Positions 25,010-34,076 of a DNA stretch of 64,000 nt are shown here, piece after piece. Every line of letters starts with the position of its first letter. Position 1 is the stretch's first letter. The notes beneath the pieces are model-generated. The model worked only from the letters and a program-made list of their open reading frames with translations. It searched no databases and was not told the DNA's origin. The translations under genes and the position numbers were made by a program. This DNA comes from a virus: the IMG/VR virus record IMGVR_UViG_3300032267_001142, positions 122,106 to 186,105 of that record; one strand, written 5' to 3'.

Positions 25010-25810
25010 GTGATGCCACAGGTTATACACATTTTTGGAGACGTTCACGAATACGTCGAGAACGCTCAATACCTATTAAAGAAGCACAGCGTCGAACGCG
25101 CTATTTGGCTAGGCGACTTTTTTGACCGTAAGCGGCGCGATGGACTTGAAGATGGCGATGGAGGACTTCGTCGGGCCTGCGCGTTTCTTAACGACATAGC
25201 CGAAAATCGCCCCGAGGATATCGTTCTTGCGGGCAATCACGATATTCCCTATCTCTCTGGATACAAGAAGTATTTTCGGTATGGCTGCGACCCGTGGAGG
25301 TATGCAACTTTTAATAGTGAAATCAGCGCTGCGGCCAAGAGGAATTTCCGAATTTTTCACAAGATTAACTGGAATGGCAGAACTGTCGTATTCTCTCATG
25401 CGGGGTTTGATGACAGGTTTTCTGCAAATTTTGGAGGATGGAAAGACCCCGAGGCGGTGGAAAGATATGTTCGCAGCTCTTGTCAACTCCTACGAAGGAG
25501 TGACGCGGATAATGACCTGTTCGATAGCGAGTTCGGACCTCAGTGGATACGCTGGAACGCCCTCACTCTATCAAAAGAAATCAGCAACATCGTTGGGCAT
25601 ACCCCTCAAAAAGAAGCCCAAATACTTCAACAAAGTCAAGGTAAGCGAAACTTCAATATCTGTATAGATGTGCTATGGCGCGGTCAATTCCTCGAAATTA
25701 CTGAGAACGCGATTTATCTTATAGATGATAAAGAAGATACCAGAACTATGCTTGTAGGCGTCGAGATGGTAGGACGGAAGAAAAAGAGGGTGGTGAATTT
25801 TGACGAATAG
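25010..25810 (+). CDS. Calcineurin-like metallophosphoesterase
   Basis: GDVH, LGDFFD, GNHD, FSHAG, VGHT. Confidence 0.9.
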   Translation: MMPQVIHIFGDVHEYVENAQYLLKKHSVERAIWLGDFFDRKRRDGLEDGDGGLRRACAFLNDIAENRPEDIVLAGNHDIPYLSGYKKYFRYGCDPWRYATFNSEISAAAKRNFRIFHKINWNGRTVVFSHAGFDDRFSANFGGWKDPEAVERYVRSSCQLLRRSDADNDLFDSEFGPQWIRWNALTLSKEISNIVGHTPQKEAQILQQSQGKRNFNICIDVLWRGQFLEITENAIYLIDDKEDTRTMLVGVEMVGRKKKRVVNFDE

Positions 25811-25876
25811 GCTGAAGTTTCGTAAGAAATCAAATAAAAATGTAGAATTCCGCAGAGTGTCGTGTAAAATGTTACG

Positions 25877-25950
25877 ACCGCTGACTAACAGATTAGGCCG
25901 CAAATAAAAGGCCGGTAGCCACTTGATTGTGGTGAATCGTATCTTTAGGC
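25877..25950 (+). promoter_or_regulatory. Structured 5' leader downstream of the GTGTAAA motif (25862)
   Basis: GACCGCTG/CAGCGGTC closing stem with inner GGCC/GGCC and CCAC/GTGG hairpins. Confidence 0.4.
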
Positions 25951-25993
25951 AGCGGTCAACTATTCGCGAAACCTGACTTTTACATTTTTTACC

Positions 25994-26269
25994 ATGCCTC
26001 CAGTCGATATGCAAGATGAGATGAACAAAGAGTGGCGCAGCTTGTTGATTCAAAAAATCGACGAGTTGAACAGCGATATCAAGGCTATGCGTCACGAAAT
26101 CGACCAGAAAATCGAAAGAATATCAGAATGGAAGGGTGGGCTTGACGAAAAATACGTTTCCCAAAAGGAATTTGCGCCAGTAAAACAGTTGATTTATGGA
26201 GCGGTCGGCACGATACTTCTAGCACTGCTCGGTTCTGTTATCGCGTTAGTTACACACGCACCCAAATAA
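25994..26269 (+). CDS. Holin/XhlA-like coiled-coil plus C-terminal TM protein
   Basis: YVSQKEFAPVKQLIYGAVGTILLALLGSVIALV. Confidence 0.55.
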   Translation: MPPVDMQDEMNKEWRSLLIQKIDELNSDIKAMRHEIDQKIERISEWKGGLDEKYVSQKEFAPVKQLIYGAVGTILLALLGSVIALVTHAPK

Positions 26270-26871
26270 TGAGTCCCAGACAAATATCATCGACCCTTTT
26301 CTCTGGTCGAATCGTGGGGGTTTTGCTGGTGTTGATTGCTCTTTTTGACTTTTCTATCCAAGTCGCGTCGGCAGAGACGTATAAGTCATTTTTTCTCAAA
26401 TATAGCCACCTAACTTTCTCTCCTATAGATTGTTTGTCAATGATAGTGGCGGGACTTATTCTGATGGTCGGAATAATCGACAGGGATTGGAAAATGTGGG
26501 TCCATACGATAGGAGGCGCGGCCCTAATCTCATTTAATTCAGCGCGAGTAATTTGGGAATTGTTAGTTGAAGGAGGAAATAATGGTGCGGTGCCGATAGC
26601 GATATTCGGCACGTTCGGAACTTGGGTCGTGATAAGGTTGATGTTTCCAAAAAGACCCCTTACACTGATGCTTCCTTATGTGATGATGTTCACTTCTTTG
26701 GTCATCTTCTTTATCGACTTTGCTCATTACGCGTCTATAGCTTTGGTATCCGGTTATAGCGCTACGGCACCGCATTCTTTGTTTGTATGTATTCTTCTCT
26801 TCTGTATAGGTTTGGTGGCCAAACACTATAATGAGACGCTTTTGAGCGACGGAAGAGTGAATGCGGCTTAA
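26269..26871 (+). CDS. Multi-pass membrane protein
   Basis: About six hydrophobic segments. Confidence 0.65.
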   Translation: MSPRQISSTLFSGRIVGVLLVLIALFDFSIQVASAETYKSFFLKYSHLTFSPIDCLSMIVAGLILMVGIIDRDWKMWVHTIGGAALISFNSARVIWELLVEGGNNGAVPIAIFGTFGTWVVIRLMFPKRPLTLMLPYVMMFTSLVIFFIDFAHYASIALVSGYSATAPHSLFVCILLFCIGLVAKHYNETLLSDGRVNAA

Positions 26872-26917
26872 CGGATAAGTGTTGACCTTTTTCTAAAAGG
26901 GGATACAGTGGTTAGTA

Positions 26918-27207
26918 ACGCAATCGCTAAGCGACTCTACGCGCAATGCCGTAACCAGTGCGGTAAAGTGAGGAAAGTTCTTGGCAGCCGAGAGAACGAC
27001 AGGAGAGCGCCCGCTAGCAATAGCGGCGTTCGTTAATACTGCAAGTTAGCTGCAACCCGAACAGTCCGATGGTAGCTCTCCCAAATGAGGACGGGTCGGG
27101 GCGGTAGGATTCACACCCTACGGGCGCTGTAAAGCGTTCAGTCAAATGTAGAGTTGAAGTCCCGCAAGGGACCAGACCAGAACCGAGGCTATAGCTAGCG
27201 ATTGCGT
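26918..27207 (+). ncRNA. rnpB: RNase P RNA (phage-encoded, compact)
   Basis: P1 ACGCAATCGCTA/TAGCGATTGCGT; CR-I GAGGAAAGTTC (26970); CR-V CAGAACCGAGGCTATA (27178); P2 GACTCTAC/GTAGAGTT; promoter TTGACC..TACAGT. Confidence 0.9.
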
Positions 27208-27249
27208 ATCTTTTCTTACAAATAATGATTATTAAGACTAACAGGTGAT

Positions 27250-27474
27250 ATGGCAGCTAAAAGAAAGCCCGCACGAGGCAAGAAAAAGCTAAATAAGTCC
27301 GCTCTTAAAGAAGGGCTTGAGGCGGCACGCTCATTGACTAGAGAGCGATGGATGCATGAAGTAACGAGCGCCCTTACTTTCCTTCTGACAGGTAAAGACG
27401 ACGAAAGAATCGTCCGACTATGTGGGGCTCTTCAAGACGCTATACGCTGGAGCAACTTCAGCGACGATAAATAA
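27250..27474 (+). CDS. Hypothetical protein
   Basis: ORF. Confidence 0.5.
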   Translation: MAAKRKPARGKKKLNKSALKEGLEAARSLTRERWMHEVTSALTFLLTGKDDERIVRLCGALQDAIRWSNFSDDK

Positions 27475-27839
27475 TGACTGTCAATAATACGAAACTCAAT
27501 CTCTTGATTGCGGAGCTAGGAGGATGGAAGGAACTGCCCCAACATGAATTTGTAAAAGTGTATCAACCTTGGCAAGCGAAAGTTTATAGCAGCAAATATA
27601 AGCACATCCGAAACTATGGAGCTTCACTTGACGCGTGTGCCGAATTTGAGAAAAGCTTGACCGCTTTACAAAAACTGAAATTCGCTTTCGTTCTTTGCAG
27701 CGTTGTGGGTAGTCAAGGAATGCAACACGGTATGCTAGTAGAAGATGTGAACCGAATCGCGTTTGCAACGCCAATCCAACGCTGCCTAGCATATATCCGC
27801 ACTGTCGCGCCAGAACGAGAGAAGGAGATTTACGATTAA
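27474..27839 (+). CDS. Phage ABA-sandwich-like protein
   Basis: IAELGGW..NYGASLDACAEFE..ATPIQRCLAY. Confidence 0.55.
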   Translation: MTVNNTKLNLLIAELGGWKELPQHEFVKVYQPWQAKVYSSKYKHIRNYGASLDACAEFEKSLTALQKLKFAFVLCSVVGSQGMQHGMLVEDVNRIAFATPIQRCLAYIRTVAPEREKEIYD

Positions 27840-27882
27840 ACTCTGCTCTTGTGCCTTTTGTAAAACTAAGTAAAGTCTGATA

Positions 27883-28338
27883 ATGCTAACTGTCTATCCG
27901 CCCGATTACGGGCCGCACCACGATTATCCGAGCGAGCCAATCGGGGAAGGAAACCCGTATTATCAATGTTGCTCGTGTGGAGCCTCAGACCCGCAAATAA
28001 ACGGCACCCTTAGTGGTCATAAGGGCGGTTGCGGCTGGGTTGCCGGTTTCCAAAAAGGATGGCAAGAGCGCTACTACGATTCGATGATTGACTGCGCCGC
28101 TATTCGTGGTCCCGATGGGCGGGTCTGGACCGGCAAGCGGCATTACCACTGTATCAATACAATTATCCAAGCTACCGGCGTAAAACAGGTTGCCGAAGGA
28201 TACGAACAGGGGTTCGTTACCATGTCTGGGCGATTTGTTACGCGCAGAGAGGCAGGACAACTTGTGCAAAAAACTGGACAGGTAAAAGTGACACCATACA
28301 ACCCAAAGCTTGAACTTTTCAGTGAAAATTTATATTAG
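27883..28338 (+). CDS. Conserved two-domain phage protein
   Basis: NPYY.C..C..SDPQING plus AAIR..RHYHC..EQGFVT..GRFVTR.EA..LFSENLY. Confidence 0.6.
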   Translation: MLTVYPPDYGPHHDYPSEPIGEGNPYYQCCSCGASDPQINGTLSGHKGGCGWVAGFQKGWQERYYDSMIDCAAIRGPDGRVWTGKRHYHCINTIIQATGVKQVAEGYEQGFVTMSGRFVTRREAGQLVQKTGQVKVTPYNPKLELFSENLY

Positions 28339-28409
28339 TGAGTTTCTGATTCAAAAGCCCCGTTGCTTTATAGTCTTGCGTCTTCGGTAAAACCCGCCAA
28401 TCTTCCGTC

Positions 28410-28913
28410 ATGACTTTTTCTCTCGACATGACTCTCAAGTATGACCCTACTGATGCCCGCGCTACTCGCAAGGGTTTTCAGAAGTGGTGGGCTATGGCGC
28501 TAGCGCCAAAGGGCTTACACGACTACTACGCGCACTGGTTGATGAAGACCCACGGCGTCAAGCTTACGCTTCCGCTATGGGGCGTGCATCTTACGGTTAT
28601 CCGTGGAGAGTTGCCTCGTCATCTGCGTAATTGGCGTAAGTATGATGGGCAGACCTTCCGAGTGTATTACGACGGCTCTGACCTTCAGTATTCGGATAAG
28701 TATGCGTGGCTACCCGCGCATTCTCCTGATTTGGAGGCGGTTCGTCGTGAACTTGGGCTTCGCTCGCAGCCGAAGGTAGCTTTTCACGTTACTTTGGGTA
28801 ATCGTAAAAATCTGGAACTTCCGAAGAAGAGGGTTTTTAATCCAGTCGTTTTCCCTTGGGAAAAGCACAACTTCGAGTCCTACGAATATCGAGAGTTCTC
28901 CCCCGCGAAATAG
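28410..28913 (+). CDS. 2H phosphoesterase-like protein
   Basis: Paired HLTV and HVTL motifs. Confidence 0.65.
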   Translation: MTFSLDMTLKYDPTDARATRKGFQKWWAMALAPKGLHDYYAHWLMKTHGVKLTLPLWGVHLTVIRGELPRHLRNWRKYDGQTFRVYYDGSDLQYSDKYAWLPAHSPDLEAVRRELGLRSQPKVAFHVTLGNRKNLELPKKRVFNPVVFPWEKHNFESYEYREFSPAK

Positions 28914-29001
28914 CGCCGACGAAAGTTCGTGCTATTTTCGCTTTTAATGCGAGAAAAAGTTAGACGCGCTATAAAAACGCGCTAGATTCTTAATTCACAA
29001 T

Positions 29002-29853
29002 ATGGGCTGCTTAAACTCTACAGGACAATTCACTCACTGGTTCGGAAACATTCACCTATCGGGACCGTGCAATCGCTCTTGCTATTTTTGTATCGGGCAG
29101 CACATGATGGCGCTTGACCCGCTCAATAATTTAGATGAATGGCCTTTAAGGAACTTCGATAAATTCATAGTGCTTTGTGGAGAGCGCTGCGTTTCCGAGG
29201 TTAATTTGACAGGCAGCAATACTGACCCCTTGATGTATAAACATCACGCTAGTTTGACCGCCGCGCTAAAGGAACAGATTCCTAACTGTAAACTTGGGCT
29301 GCGCACGAACGGCGCTATGGCGGAAAGTCACCCTGAGATATGGAGTCTTTACGATAAGGCGAGTATCTCCATTACTTCGTTTGACGCTGACATTTACAAA
29401 GCGACTATGGGGTGCGGCGCTCCGCCGAACATTTCTGCCCTCTTGAAGTTAAAACCAGAAATGCCAGTCAAGGTGAACGTCGTCCTCTGTCCAGAGGTAA
29501 TGGGCGAGGATATCAAAAGGACGCTGGACATTCTTACGGACGCTGGAATAAAAACGGTGAACCTTCGGGAACCTTACGGCCAACCGCATCTAGGAAGTCC
29601 GTTGAAAAATCCCACTGGCAGTCGGTTGGGTATGCCTCGCTACGATTGGAAAGGAATGGACGTTACTTATTGGGACGTGCATTACGTGGAAGTTGAAAGT
29701 GTCAACCTATACGCTAACGGAATCGTTAGTGAGACCTACCCTATCACTAAGGGTCACGCTCCTAACGGAGAGGTCATTGCGCAACAGAACTGGACGCGTA
29801 GCGGCAGGCAGCGCCCTCAGTGGTTGAAGTATGATAAAGAGTTGACTGCCTAA
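29002..29853 (+). CDS. Radical SAM protein
   Basis: CNRSCYFC (CxxxCxxC), LTGSNTDP, RTNG. Confidence 0.85.
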   Translation: MGCLNSTGQFTHWFGNIHLSGPCNRSCYFCIGQHMMALDPLNNLDEWPLRNFDKFIVLCGERCVSEVNLTGSNTDPLMYKHHASLTAALKEQIPNCKLGLRTNGAMAESHPEIWSLYDKASISITSFDADIYKATMGCGAPPNISALLKLKPEMPVKVNVVLCPEVMGEDIKRTLDILTDAGIKTVNLREPYGQPHLGSPLKNPTGSRLGMPRYDWKGMDVTYWDVHYVEVESVNLYANGIVSETYPITKGHAPNGEVIAQQNWTRSGRQRPQWLKYDKELTA

Positions 29854-29878
29854 CAAAATAGCAGTATACATCGCCTAC

Positions 29879-30328
29879 ATGAATCACGAAATCTTCCCGA
29901 CTCTTTTGTTTGGTCATTTGCTTGGTGACTATCTGTTCCAAAATCGGAAGATGGCGGTGAATAAGTCGAAAAGCACGCCAATATGCTTGCTGCATTGCAC
30001 AATTTATACGCTATGCGTGACTGCGACGGCGTGGCCCATCGTTCACTCATGGAGTTGGTCAATCTTTATCTTTCTCACCCACTTTCCTATCGACAGGTTT
30101 TCTTTGGCAGGTCATTGGATGAAGATGTTGGGGTCGCCGACTTTGGAGGATTTCGTAACGAAATCCGACGATAGTATCCCGAATAATGTCATTGTCAGCA
30201 AATACCTCGCGCTGCAAGGAGGGTTCGCGGCGCTCGTTTACGCCGTTTGTGACAACGCGATGCATCTGATGTTGATGTATTATGGTTATTTCTTTTTCTT
30301 CGATGACGGACTGGCGTTTTCTTACTGA
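29879..30328 (+). CDS. DUF3307 membrane protein
   Basis: GHLLGDYLFQ..LLHC..THFPIDR..DNAMH. Confidence 0.85.
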   Translation: MNHEIFPTLLFGHLLGDYLFQNRKMAVNKSKSTPICLLHCTIYTLCVTATAWPIVHSWSWSIFIFLTHFPIDRFSLAGHWMKMLGSPTLEDFVTKSDDSIPNNVIVSKYLALQGGFAALVYAVCDNAMHLMLMYYGYFFFFDDGLAFSY

Positions 30329-30369
30329 ACTCTCTTGCCAGCATCACAAAAACCTATAATATCAAAAAC

Positions 30370-30909
30370 ATGAACATCACACTGTCCCTATCCGAAGTCG
30401 TCAATTTCGTCATTTTTATGCGAACGCTGAACAAGCAACCTTTTAGCGCCCACGACGTGACACAGGCGGTTCGCTCAGCCGTTCAACAGGGCATCGTCCT
30501 GTCGGACGCGGCTGTGGTGCGTCATTATGGTTCCGGTGGTGTCCGCGAGCTTGTCAAAGCTTATGTGGAGAAGTTTCCTGACGCTTTTGATAAATCCTTT
30601 GCCGCTGGAGGTTGGTTTGTCTATACCTACCGTGGCGACGACAAGGCACCCGTGAGCGCTGCGGTAGCTGTTCCGATGCCTCAGTCGGCTACGACGCTCG
30701 AAATGGCGGTGAAGCGTCATCTTGTCGCCAAGGGAACGGGAAAGCAAGTCACCATCAAGGGCATCCAGAGCGCTCTCAAGAGTTTCAGCGTCAAGTGCAG
30801 TGAAATCCACGACGCTCTCGTCTCTCTCTCGAAAGCCGGTCACAAAATCGTCATCTGGAACGACCCCGACGGTAATATCAGCAAAACTACGGTCAAAATC
30901 ATTGACTAA
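30370..30909 (+). CDS. Hypothetical protein (possible tandem winged helix)
   Basis: ORF after a TTGCCA-N-TATAAT promoter. Confidence 0.6.
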   Translation: MNITLSLSEVVNFVIFMRTLNKQPFSAHDVTQAVRSAVQQGIVLSDAAVVRHYGSGGVRELVKAYVEKFPDAFDKSFAAGGWFVYTYRGDDKAPVSAAVAVPMPQSATTLEMAVKRHLVAKGTGKQVTIKGIQSALKSFSVKCSEIHDALVSLSKAGHKIVIWNDPDGNISKTTVKIID

Positions 30910-30936
30910 AAACCAAAAACGAGTGTAATTCATTTT

Positions 30937-31167
30937 ATGAGCAAGGACAACGATATCTTCGAGTGCGAAAACTGCGGAAACGAGTTTTGCTGGGACGACG
31001 ACTGCGCCGAACTTACGGAAGACGAAAAGGGTAAGGTCACGGACTTGATTTTGGTCTGCGCTCCATGTCGCAGGGCAGACCTCGGAGCGAAATTGAAGAA
31101 GTCAGGTGACTCAGGAAATGGTATGGCGGCAGCAATCGCAGTGCCATGTCGAACCGATGGAAAGTAA
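30937..31167 (+). CDS. Zinc-ribbon protein
   Basis: CENC..CAPC; GTGTAAT-N7-ATG. Confidence 0.55.
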   Translation: MSKDNDIFECENCGNEFCWDDDCAELTEDEKGKVTDLILVCAPCRRADLGAKLKKSGDSGNGMAAAIAVPCRTDGK

Positions 31168-31409
31168 CGATTGAGGATTGGAAAGTCGAGAACTTCGGCG
31201 AATCGACGCCAGTTTTCGTTCTTAGCGGCAAGGTTTTCGGCCACCCTAAAATCAAGGATGGTGAAGAGTATTTCACTTCCAGAATCATTGGTTGGTATCC
31301 ATGCTCTCACAAGGTTGTCTCTAGCGCCGGAATGACTTATTCGTTGGGCGAACCTGACAAAAAGTGGGCCGCACTCAACGCAAAGACTTGCGCTTTACTG
31401 AAAAAGTAA
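31146..31409 (+). CDS. Conserved hypothetical phage protein
   Basis: LSGKVFGHPKIKDGEEYFTSRI. Confidence 0.6.
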   Translation: MSNRWKVTIEDWKVENFGESTPVFVLSGKVFGHPKIKDGEEYFTSRIIGWYPCSHKVVSSAGMTYSLGEPDKKWAALNAKTCALLKK

Positions 31410-31422
31410 CTATAAGTAGGTA

Positions 31423-31800
31423 GTGAATCACGCCGCGCTTATATCGGAAATCCAAAAGTCGCTTTCTCCAGACCTCCTAAAAGGCAGGTGGAAATATCAT
31501 CAGACGCACCCCCTTTCAGGACATTGTTATGTAGCCTCTGAGGCTTTGTGGCATCTGATAGACGATAAAAGCACTTGGGCCGTAATGTGTGCGTCGTATA
31601 ACGACGCGAACGGAAAGGCGACCCATTGGTGGCTAAAAAACAAAAACACCAAAGAAATACTTGACCCCACCGCCGCTCAGTTTCAAGTATCGCCGCCTTA
31701 TCACCTTGGCAAAGGGTGTGGGTTCTTGACAAAACTACCATCGAAAAGGGCGCAGACTTTGATAGACAGAGTTGTCGCCCGCACTGAATACACGCCATGA
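31423..31800 (+). CDS. Conserved hypothetical phage protein
   Basis: GHCYVASEALWHL..THWWL..DPTAAQF. Confidence 0.6.
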   Translation: MNHAALISEIQKSLSPDLLKGRWKYHQTHPLSGHCYVASEALWHLIDDKSTWAVMCASYNDANGKATHWWLKNKNTKEILDPTAAQFQVSPPYHLGKGCGFLTKLPSKRAQTLIDRVVARTEYTP

Positions 31801-31988
31801 ACCTCCCAAAGACGGACAAACCTTGCCGTTCACTGCTAGCGGCAGTCGTGAGGCTTTATCGCCGCGCTAGACTTGAGTTTGTTTTATGGCGATATGGGAT
31901 GACGGGGACCCGAATGCAGGTAAGACTTTTGAGGACGCGTGGCTATAAAAATGTTGCAGAGTGGCGAAAGCCGTGTAAGATAAGGTAG
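31797..31988 (+). CDS. Hypothetical protein
   Basis: ATGA coupling. Confidence 0.4.
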   Translation: MNLPKTDKPCRSLLAAVVRLYRRARLEFVLWRYGMTGTRMQVRLLRTRGYKNVAEWRKPCKIR

Positions 31989-32430
31989 TTCTTTGATAGT
32001 AATGGGGTAGCAAGGATTCGACAAATAAGACGAGTCTAAACCCGCAAGCCGCTTATGGTAGTTAGACTGCGTCAAATCTCTACCAAGCATAAACGTCTCA
32101 AACGTAATTGCAAAAGTGAAGACCGCTTGGAGCGCCTTCCGTAATAACCTTACGGTTGCCTTCGGGAGCTTTTCGCCCGTCGTGGCCTAATCACGGCCAC
32201 CCGTATCATTTCCGATTTCTGCTAGGACTTAGATGCGACATTAGCAGGATTTACGAAATAAGTTCGCATATTCTTATTCGTCACATACGATATACGCTGT
32301 GGTCAGTTAGGTTTTGTCATTTTAGACAACTGGCCGAAAGCAAAAAAGAAACTAAGCTTGTAGAAGGTCTGATAAAAATTGTTTGGACAGGGGCTTCGAT
32401 GCCCCTCTACTCCACCATTAGCCTTGATTT

Positions 32431-33300
32431 TTGAGCAAAGAGCACTATCATAAAACAATGAACTCTCTTCTTGCTTTATTCGAGGCTACTAAAAATGACC
32501 GGCGCTGCGAAGACATTGGGCAACATTTGCCCACCTTGCGGCGTGTTGCTGGTGAATGCAACACCGCGCTAGAGATTGGCGTCCGAGGCGGATGCTCAAC
32601 AATAGGTATCGCCGCTGGTCTTTACGATGGAATCGTAACGCGTTACCGCAGCCAAGCGGTGTTCGTCCGTTATACGTGCCCCAAGTGCCGACTGGATTGC
32701 GTAGTGATGCATAGTCACCGAGGGCAACGGGCGTGTGGGTATTGCGAAAATACCATAGTGAGCGCTTTTTTTGAAAAGGTTATGGTTAGGGACGCCGACG
32801 AAGACGTATGGAAGGTTCTCACCAATTGTCCATTTGAGTCGGAGAGGATTTTCAATAGCCTTCCGACGTTTCCCGTTTTGGATTCATTGGATATTTCGGA
32901 CTGCGAGAACACCGGCATCAGGTCTCTCGTTAATGCCCAAGGGATATCAGGGAAGTTCACTCGTGCCGACTCACTCACTTTCACGCCTAGCCAGAGTTAC
33001 GATTTGGTGTTTATCGACACCCTTCATACCTATTTGCAACTAAAGGCTGAGCTTGATAGATACTCAAACTTCGCTAACAAATACATCGCGCTTCACGATA
33101 CCGAGCCGCCCTTCAAGTATCAGGACGAGACGGAGAACCCCGACTCACCTCACACTGGCCTGCGCTGGGCCGTGAAGGACTTCATTCAAGAGAATGCTGG
33201 CAAGTGGTATGTAAAAGAGCACCACGCCTATTGTCACGGCATGACGATTCTAGCGAAAGGCTCCGGCGAAGATTGCGGGGAATGGATTAATGCCGAATGA
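32431..33300 (+). CDS. Class I SAM-dependent methyltransferase (Methyltransf_24-like) with zinc-ribbon insertion
   Basis: EIGVRGGCST, DLVFIDTLHTY, IALHDT. Confidence 0.8.
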   Translation: MSKEHYHKTMNSLLALFEATKNDRRCEDIGQHLPTLRRVAGECNTALEIGVRGGCSTIGIAAGLYDGIVTRYRSQAVFVRYTCPKCRLDCVVMHSHRGQRACGYCENTIVSAFFEKVMVRDADEDVWKVLTNCPFESERIFNSLPTFPVLDSLDISDCENTGIRSLVNAQGISGKFTRADSLTFTPSQSYDLVFIDTLHTYLQLKAELDRYSNFANKYIALHDTEPPFKYQDETENPDSPHTGLRWAVKDFIQENAGKWYVKEHHAYCHGMTILAKGSGEDCGEWINAE

Positions 33301-34067
33301 TAGCTAGACTGTTTAATCAGGATTGCCGAGAAGGATTAAAGCGAATAGCTCCGCTGTCTGTTGACACTATCGTTACGTCACCGCCGTATAATATCGGGGC
33401 CGATTACGCGTCTTACGACGACAATAAAGACGAGAACCTGTATTTGTCCTTTTTAGCGGACGTATTCGTTGAGATACGAAATAAGATGACAGAGGGAGCG
33501 TCTTTGTTCCTAAACGTAGGCTCGAAGCCCACGAACCCTATATTCCCTCATAGGGTGGCTTCGGTAGTGTCTGATATTTTGTGTTTGCAGAATACTTTCC
33601 ATTGGATAAAGTCAGTGACCATCGACAAATCGGGAACACAAATATCTGCGGGGCATTTCAAACCGATAAACAGCAAAAGATTCGTGAACGATTGTCACGA
33701 ATACATCTTTCATTTCAGCAAAAATGGTAGCGCTGAACTTGACCGTTTGGCCGTAGGCGTTGAATATGCGGACATCTCAAACACTAAGAGATGGAAGGCG
33801 GGAAACACTAAACGGTGCCGAGGAAATAATTGGTTTATTCCGTATTCGACAGTGCAGGCGAAAAAGTTTCATCCGGCGACATTCCCCGAAGCTTTAGTAG
33901 AAAGATGCCTCGCGGTCTCAGGCGGCGCGACAAATAAGGTAATCATGGACCCTTTTATGGGAGTTGGCACCACCGGCATAGTCGCAAAGCGCTTAGGTGC
34001 GCGAGAGTTTGTAGGGTTTGAAATAGACAAAATTTACTTTGATATCGCACAAAACGGGTTAAAGTAG
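33297..34067 (+). CDS. N4/N6 DNA methyltransferase (beta class)
   Basis: TSPPYN, HPATFP, MDPFMGVGTT. Confidence 0.9.
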   Translation: MIARLFNQDCREGLKRIAPLSVDTIVTSPPYNIGADYASYDDNKDENLYLSFLADVFVEIRNKMTEGASLFLNVGSKPTNPIFPHRVASVVSDILCLQNTFHWIKSVTIDKSGTQISAGHFKPINSKRFVNDCHEYIFHFSKNGSAELDRLAVGVEYADISNTKRWKAGNTKRCRGNNWFIPYSTVQAKKFHPATFPEALVERCLAVSGGATNKVIMDPFMGVGTTGIVAKRLGAREFVGFEIDKIYFDIAQNGLK

Positions 34068-34076
34068 CAATTCAAG

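Noticed and set aside
32156-32434. 92-aa ORF upstream of the methyltransferase
   Set aside because: TTG start, atypical composition and no motif; not supported as a gene.
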